Of a DNA stretch of 27,106 nucleotides, positions 21,030 to 27,106 are shown piece after piece (the first letter of the stretch is position 1; each line of letters begins with the position of its first letter). The position numbers and the translations under genes are program-made. The DNA lies in NCBI GenBank assembly GCA_054600435.1, contig BAAIJX010000071.1, positions 62,001 to 89,106 on the forward strand, read 5' to 3'. The notes under the pieces are model-generated. The model saw only the letters and a program-made list of their open reading frames with translations, was not told the DNA's origin and searched no databases. This DNA is from Neophaeotheca triangularis (Eukaryota).

Positions 21030-23358
21030 TTAAGCGACAGCCTTCCACTCAGGATCAAGAGTATGTTCGAGCGCAAGGACCTGCAAAGCAAAAAACCCTC
21101 AAAGTCAGCAAATCCGCTCTCTCCAAGGTCTTAGGAGAAAAAGGAAAGAAAGGGGGACAAGGATCCGAATACTCACCACAGCGGTCCTAGTAGGAACATA
21201 AACCTGCAAGAAGTTCCTGCGGCCATTCCACTCAAAATCGGTAGTGAAAAACCTCGTCCCCTTATCCACCCTGCCCAACCCGCCAAACTTCTCATCATCC
21301 GAATCGAGCACAATGCGATAAGTCCCCGCAACGTCGACCCCTACCCTGTAATCCGTGAAACTCTGACTAGGGTGGAAATTGAAAATCCACAAAAGCCCAG
21401 CACGTTCAAAGACGACAACCTTGTCTTGCTCGTTTTTCAGAGAAATGTAGGCTTGAGGGGAAGAGAGCCAACGGTACTTCTCCTCTCCCCACTGCATGCC
21501 CGTGTCGAAAGCGTTGAGGTACGTATACCGCAGGAGTTGGTCGTCGGGTAGGTTGAACTGGCGGCGCGCGTAGTGGAAACTGTTGCCGTTGCCTTCGCGG
21601 GGGAAGTCGAGCCATTCTGGGTGGCCGAATTCGTTGCCTTCAAAGTTGAGGTAGGCTTCGCCGCCGAGGCCGTGTGTGATGAGGCGGATCATTTTGTGCA
21701 AGGCCATGCCGCGTTCGATGACGGGGGTAAATTCGGACAGTTTGGACATGTTGGTGTACATTTGGGCGTCGCAGAGCCAGAAGAGGAGGGTTTTGTCGCC
21801 GACCAGGCTGTGTTGGCGTGTTAGTGGGTTGGGAGGATGGGGTTGGGGAAATGTGCTTACGCCTGATCGTGAGACTCTGCGTAGGCGATGGTCTTCTCGC
21901 CGTGACGTCTGTTGGTTAGTGTGAAGCACAATGCTCCCATGTCCCATTCGATGTCCTGCTTCTCCTTCAACCACTTGATGTACAAATCTGGTATCGCCAT
22001 GGCCAGTCTATAATCGAAACCTATTCCGCCAAGAGAAAGAGCCACACACAACGCCGGCATGCCTGAAACATCCTCTGCTATGGTGATGGATTCGGGGTAC
22101 AGGCTGTGCAGCATTTCGTTGGCCAGCATGAGGTATACGACGCCATCTTCATCGACGTTTGGACCAAAGTATTCATGGTAGCCACCCGAGAAGCCCGTGC
22201 CAATACCGTGATGAGTGTAGAGCATGCTCGTCACACCGTCGAAGCGGAAACCATCGAACTTGTATTCTTCCATCCAGAAGCGGAGGTTGGAGAGGAGGAA
22301 GCGCAGTACTTCATGCGAGCCGTAGTTGAAGAGACGAGAATCCCACAATTCGTGACGACCGCGTGCTCCCTCGTGGAAGTATAGATGATCGCTGTTGTCG
22401 AAGTAGTTGAGACCATCGTGGACGTTCTTGCTGGCGTGAGAGTGGACGACATCGAGCAGGACGGTAATACCCATGCCGTGTGCGGTGTCGACGAGCTCCT
22501 TCAGGTCGTCCGGAAAGCCGTAGCGACTTGACGCGGCGAAGAAAGAGTTGATTTGGTAGCCGAATGATGCGTAGTAGGCGTGCTCCATGATTGCCATGAG
22601 CTGGATGGTGTTGTAGCCTAGATCTCGGATGCGGGGGAGTACCTTCTCGGTGAACTCCTTGTATGTTGTGACTTTGGGGTCTGGACTGCTGATTCCGACG
22701 TGAGCTTCGTAGATTCTGGCACTAGCAGGCTTCTTCGGTCTCGCGTTCTTGAATTGGTATTGCTGAGGTGGGTTCCAGAAACGAGCATCGTAAATGGGGC
22801 TGACGTTGATATCTTGAGTGACTCTTTTGATCCACGCTGGGATACGCTCTGCTCTTTCGTGGTCGTTGGGCACAACCATGCTGATCTTGACTTTGCTATC
22901 GTGGGGGATTGCGGGCTGACCGTTGACTTGAGGCAAGCTAATTTCCCACACACCGTAATCGTCTCTCTTCATCTCATGGGAGTCTCTGTTCCAGCCATTG
23001 AAGTCGCCGATGAGGTAGGCTCGTAGGGCATTGGGAGCCCACTCGCGGTAGGTGATGGTGCCGTCTTGGGAAACATTGAAACCAAACTTCTCATAACCTC
23101 TGCTGAACTTCTCAAGTCCTCCTTCATGGTCGTGGATGTTCTTGATCCATTGCTGGGCTTTGTTGAATCTGGCCTTCAAAGAGGAAGCGTAGGGTTCGAG
23201 GTAAGGGTCGAGTTGGACGACGCCTGGGGAGGGATGTTAGTTGGGGATACGTGCCGGCAAGAGCAGGTATGATTCTGACCCGTGCCATCGTTTGGGGCTC
23301 CCTTTCCCGCTGGATTGGAGAAGATGGAGTTTGTCGAGTTCTCGTTGAGAGGGTCCAT
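21030..23358 (-). CDS. GLC3: 1,4-alpha-glucan (glycogen) branching enzyme, GH13; about 707 aa; exons 23358-23280, 23223-21861, 21807-21177 and 21080-21030
   Basis: [107 protein letters not shown] and PTRTAV|VLALE. Introns of 56, 53 and 96 nt with canonical signals. Confidence 0.97.
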
Positions 23359-23964
23359 TGTTGGAATATGAGGGAATTGAGAGGGTGAGCAGTGAGTGAG
23401 GCCTGTTGGTGGTTAACCGGAGCTGGTAGAGACTGTGCTGTCTGGTTGGAGCACGTTTGCTGTGGGAGAGTGTGCGGAGACGGGGAAGCTCTGTAGTCAC
23501 GGGTGATGTTGTGAAGACGGGGAGAGTGGGTGATGTGTGTGTAGGGCAACAAGGTGAAATTGCTGACTATGTACAGGTCGGAGTGTAGTAAGTAAGGTAT
23601 TTAGGGAGGTAGGAGGGCGATGAAGGGGGTTGAAGAGTGGATGATGGTTAAGGTAAGTATTGTGAGTGTTGAACTTTTGTTGGCGAAGCTGCCCTGGTCC
23701 TGGTCCTGGTCGCGCCCCAGACACCAGTGGAGAGCTTCTGGTGAGGGTGAGGGTCTTGACTCTTGGGGCTTGCCCCGCTGAGACCTACCTAGCCTTACCT
23801 CATTCTGCATTGCGCTGAATTGAAGAGGCGTTTGGATCCGGGCCGATTGTCTTGTATCTTGCCAGGCCATATCACACGTACCCTGGTAGTAGGTAGTAAG
23901 GGGTACCTTGACTTTCAACGGAACGAGACCAAATCGAGGTATAAGAGTGATTGAGGGATTGCAG

Positions 23965-23990
23965 GCATTGCATTGCATTGCATTGCATTG
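23965..23990 (+). repeat. (GCATT)5 pentamer repeat
   Basis: Directly visible in the GBE/CLPX divergent intergenic region. Confidence 0.93.
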
Positions 23991-24067
23991 ATATTCACCG
24001 ATTATCAGGACTTGGGAGGAGGTTTCTTATCTCTTATCCAAATAGTGGGGACACACGAGCCACCGCT

Positions 24068-24105
24068 TAAGGTACATACCTTCTTACTAATAAGGTACAT
24101 ACCTT
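24068..24105. repeat. Two copies of the 15-mer TAAGGTACATACCTT, each containing the palindrome AAGGTA-CA-TACCTT
   Basis: Copies at 24068-24082 and 24091-24105. Confidence 0.9.
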
Positions 24106-24415
24106 TATGTAGGTAAGGTAATTTATCTGGACCTTTGCACGTGCCTTCCATAGTTGTCAGTACCTAAGTGACAAACACAAAACGCCTGTGGAGGCGGGCA
24201 AAGCGGGGCGGGGCATTGATGGATGCTATGCCTACTACTTACTAGTATGCCCAAAGCTCTCACCTACCTAACCTTGCCTAGGTACCTAGTCTCCGAAGCC
24301 GAGACGCGGGACATCCCATGCCGAACTGATAGCCTGATACGATACCTGGAGGCAGTTATAGTTATTATACTCTACGAGTCTACCTACTACTACCTTACCT
24401 ATACACTGGGACCTT

Positions 24416-24483
24416 TACCTACCTACCTACCTACCTACCTACCTACCTACCTACCTACCTACCTACCTACCTACCTACCTACC
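24416..24483 (+). repeat. (TACC)17 microsatellite about 100 nt upstream of the probable CLPX start
   Basis: Directly visible; it produces the LPTY repeat in the ORF track. Confidence 0.97.
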
Positions 24484-24579
24484 CCAGCTACTTTACCTCT
24501 ACAGCTTGACAATACTGATGGCCCATGTCGTCTAGATCTCCGTTCCCTCTTTCATCTACATTCAATCCCTCCCTCCATC

Positions 24580-26514
24580 ATGACACCAAGTCTAACCGCA
24601 ACCGTCTCGCCTCAAGCCCGCCACTCCTACCTAGCCATATCCTCCATCATCCGCCGTCATTTCACCACACCCGACTCTCGCAAATCCTCCAACAACTACT
24701 TCCGCTCAGACTTTACCAACCAACCCTTCACAGGCATCTATGAAGCCGGCGCACCAACCGAAGGTCCTCTCCGTGATGCCTCCAACATCGGAGCCCCACG
24801 AATAACCCCGGTAATTCTCAAACAGCATCTCGATCAATTCGTAGTTGGGCAGGAAAGGGCAAAGAAGACCCTAGCAACAGCCGTCTATAATCATTACCAA
24901 CGCATACAGGAGCTGCAACGACGGGAAGATGAAGAGGAGGAGCTGTTGGCACAGGAGGAACGCCGGCGCATGGCGCATAGACATCCGGTCGAAGGTACGG
25001 AAAGTGATTTGAAGAGGGGTATTGCTGTTCCTTCGCTGACGAGGGATTTTGATCAAGACGAGTTTCCAGGGCAGCAGTCTACTGTAAATGTTTGGCCTCC
25101 GAATGTCGACTACAAAGGGCGGGGGCGAGAGTCTGGTACGAATGGCTTGGATCCTCCGCCGTTATATTATCCGACTCCATTAACGGTGGAGAAGAGTAAC
25201 GTGCTCTTGCTCGGTCCTTCTGGCGTTGGTAAGACTTTGATGGCAAAGACATTGGCTAGGGTCTTGGAGGTGCCTTTCAGCATGTCGGACTGCACGCCCT
25301 TCACCCAGGCAGGGTATATCGGTGAGGATGCTGAAGTGTGCGTTCAACGTTTACTGGCGGCTGCAAACTACGACGTCGCTCAAGCTGAACGAGGCATCAT
25401 CTGTCTAGACGAGATTGACAAAATTGCCACTGCAAAAGTCAGCCACGGGAAAGATGTAAGCGGTGAGGGTGTACAGCAATCTCTCCTCAAGATTATCGAA
25501 GGCACCACTCTACAAATCCAAGCAAAGCAAGAAAGAGGAAGTGCCAGCCCCAACACTTCCTCCCGTCCAACCAACAGCCCCCTTTCTGGTGGTAATATTA
25601 ACCAAAGCGGCGGCAATCCCCAAAAAGGCGAAGTCTACAACGTCAAAACCGACAACATCCTCTTCATCTGTGCCGGCGCCTTCAACGGTTTACACAAACT
25701 AATCCTCGACCGCATCAGCAAAGGCAGCATCGGCTTCGGCGCCACCGTCCGGCCTCGCCCAGGCACCCACTCCACCACCACTGACCCAAACACCTCCATC
25801 CACGAAACCGTCCTCGAGGGCGAAGATGCCCTCTTCCACCAACACCTCCCCTACTACGAAACCCCGCAACAAACCCCAACCCAACCCAACACCCCCACCC
25901 CCACCAAGCGCACTTTCAACACCCTCGACCTAACCACTCCCAGCGACCTCCAAACCTACGGCCTCATCCCAGAACTCGTCGGCCGCATTCCCCTGACCTG
26001 CGCCCTCCACGCTCTCTCCATCCCAGCTTTAGTCCAAGTCCTTACCGAACCCCGCAACTCGCTCCTAAAACAATACATCCAGCTCTTCGCTCTCTCGTCG
26101 CTCGAACTGCGCTTCACAACGCCCGCCCTGCATTCCGTAGCCCGCGCTGCCAGCCGCATGGGCACAGGTGCGCGAGCGCTGCGCACGGTCATGGAAACGC
26201 TTCTCGCGGACGCGATGTTCGAGGCTCCCGGGTCCGGGGTCAAGTGGGTTGTCGTTACCGAGGCGGTTGCGGAGAGGAAGGAGAGGGTTGTTTTTGTAGG
26301 GCGCGGGGAGAAGCAAGGGAGAGAGAGGGTTAGGGGCATGATAGCGGCGGAGGAGGAGGCTTGGGTTGAGAGGGAGAGGCTTGAGCGGGAGGCCAGGGCT
26401 GGGGAGGGCGAGGAGAGTGAGATGCAGAGGCGTGCGAGGGTTAATAGCGAAGGTGGTGCTGCCAGGACTTTCGAGGAGTATCGCGAGAAGGCTGCTGGGG
26501 CGGGATTTACTTAA
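24580..26514 (+). CDS. CLPX: Mitochondrial AAA+ unfoldase ClpX (Mcx1-like); about 623 aa; exons 24580-24994 and 25058-26514
   Basis: [42 protein letters not shown] (Walker A), [17 protein letters not shown] (Walker B), [16 protein letters not shown] loop, [11 protein letters not shown] and TGARALR. The S/R-rich, acid-poor N-terminus resembles a mitochondrial presequence. Probable 63-nt in-frame intron GTACGG...CTGAC...AAG giving HPVE|DEFPGQQ. Confidence 0.93.
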   Translation: MTPSLTATVSPQARHSYLAISSIIRRHFTTPDSRKSSNNYFRSDFTNQPFTGIYEAGAPTEGPLRDASNIGAPRITPVILKQHLDQFVVGQERAKKTLATAVYNHYQRIQELQRREDEEEELLAQEERRRMAHRHPVEGTESDLKRGIAVPSLTRDFDQDEFPGQQSTVNVWPPNVDYKGRGRESGTNGLDPPPLYYPTPLTVEKSNVLLLGPSGVGKTLMAKTLARVLEVPFSMSDCTPFTQAGYIGEDAEVCVQRLLAAANYDVAQAERGIICLDEIDKIATAKVSHGKDVSGEGVQQSLLKIIEGTTLQIQAKQERGSASPNTSSRPTNSPLSGGNINQSGGNPQKGEVYNVKTDNILFICAGAFNGLHKLILDRISKGSIGFGATVRPRPGTHSTTTDPNTSIHETVLEGEDALFHQHLPYYETPQQTPTQPNTPTPTKRTFNTLDLTTPSDLQTYGLIPELVGRIPLTCALHALSIPALVQVLTEPRNSLLKQYIQLFALSSLELRFTTPALHSVARAASRMGTGARALRTVMETLLADAMFEAPGSGVKWVVVTEAVAERKERVVFVGRGEKQGRERVRGMIAAEEEAWVERERLEREARAGEGEESEMQRRARVNSEGGAARTFEEYREKAAGAGFT

Positions 26515-26713
26515 AGCAGGTCAAGGGGGTGAATGGTACGATTTTACGACTTTTGCTTTCCACTTCCCCGTCTACAGAGCTGTTCGAGCGTGCAGAGTAA
26601 GCTCGTTCAAAGCGCTGGAAGGCTTTCAGCAACATTGCTCCTTCGTATTCTCGTCCTGGCCGACTTTCACGACCTTTTCGCAAACTTTTAGCGGAGCTAG
26701 GATTCCGCTCCTT

Positions 26714-27106
26714 CTACATTTCCCATGCCCCTGCCTCCTCAATTAGCAACCCAAGTCTCCGATCCTCGCTATACCAAAAGCGTCCATGATCCCCCCACAA
26801 AAAATTGGACAATACCGGCCGTGACACCACCAAAGCAAAGCAAAGCAAAAGCAAAGCAAACAACGCCACCACAAAGCCAGCCACCGTCATAGCTCTAAGC
26901 ATCCCCTGCAATTTCCACGATAAAACCCCAACCCCCACCACCAATACTCGCCAAACCCCTCCTCCGAAGAGCCCCCAACTATCCCACCCACGAGCACCAG
27001 CACCCCACCCTCCATCCTGCAGAGGCAACTGGCATCCCCCCTCCTCTTTTAAAACCCAACAGCTTGTCTCCAGCTTCGACAATTCTCGGTACGGGAAGTC
27101 CGGGGG
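26714..27106 (-). CDS. Possible 3' end of an unidentified gene entering from the right edge
   Basis: The frame is open from the window edge (PPDFPYRELSKLETSCWVL...) to the stop at 26714, and the minus strand is G/T-rich like the 3' ends of the other genes. The family is not recognised, and a (GCTTT)n repeat inside suggests part could be UTR. Confidence 0.3.
   Translation of the reverse strand, partial: PPDFPYRELSKLETSCWVLKEEGGCQLPLQDGGWGAGARGWDSWGLFGGGVWRVLVVGVGVLSWKLQGMLRAMTVAGFVVALFALLLLCFALVVSRPVLSNFLWGDHGRFWYSEDRRLGLLIEEAGAWEM

Noticed and set aside
24416..24483. (TAGG)n as telomeric repeat or CRISPR-like array
   Set aside because: Not TTAGGG, interstitial, and without unique spacers; treated as a microsatellite.
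1..27106. Transposon, RIP-degraded repeat or secondary-metabolite cluster
   Set aside because: No transposase, RT or integrase motifs, terminal repeats, AT-rich RIP-like blocks or PKS/NRPS/terpene genes were seen.

Overview
Gene-dense nuclear DNA of a filamentous ascomycete (Pezizomycotina; short GT-AG introns of 51-96 nt with CTRAC/CTRAY branch sites). Eleven protein-coding genes can be reconstructed by hand: an SREBP-type (tyrosine) bHLH factor (-), a secreted stand-alone I9 peptidase inhibitor (-), Pcf11 (+), Rab11/Ypt31 (-), TFIIH Ssl1/p44 (+), Vtc2/3 (-), a tail-anchored Nudix hydrolase (+), Pex16 (-), coproporphyrinogen III oxidase Hem13 (+), glycogen branching enzyme (-) and mitochondrial ClpX (+). 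There may also be a partial gene at the right edge. Ten of these genes form five consecutive head-to-head pairs. I found no transposon, CRISPR array, rRNA or biosynthetic cluster, and I cannot claim a new multi-gene system. The least explained signals are: (i) a C-rich to G/T-rich flip of the coding strand about 150-350 nt before the stop codon in nine genes, (ii) a family of TACCT/AGGTA palindromes and repeats concentrated in the divergent promoters, (iii) four stop-free in-frame introns, and (iv) an unexplained 1.7 kb tract with a possible decayed tRNA and orphan ORF pieces. All gene models come from manual reading; no database searches were run.
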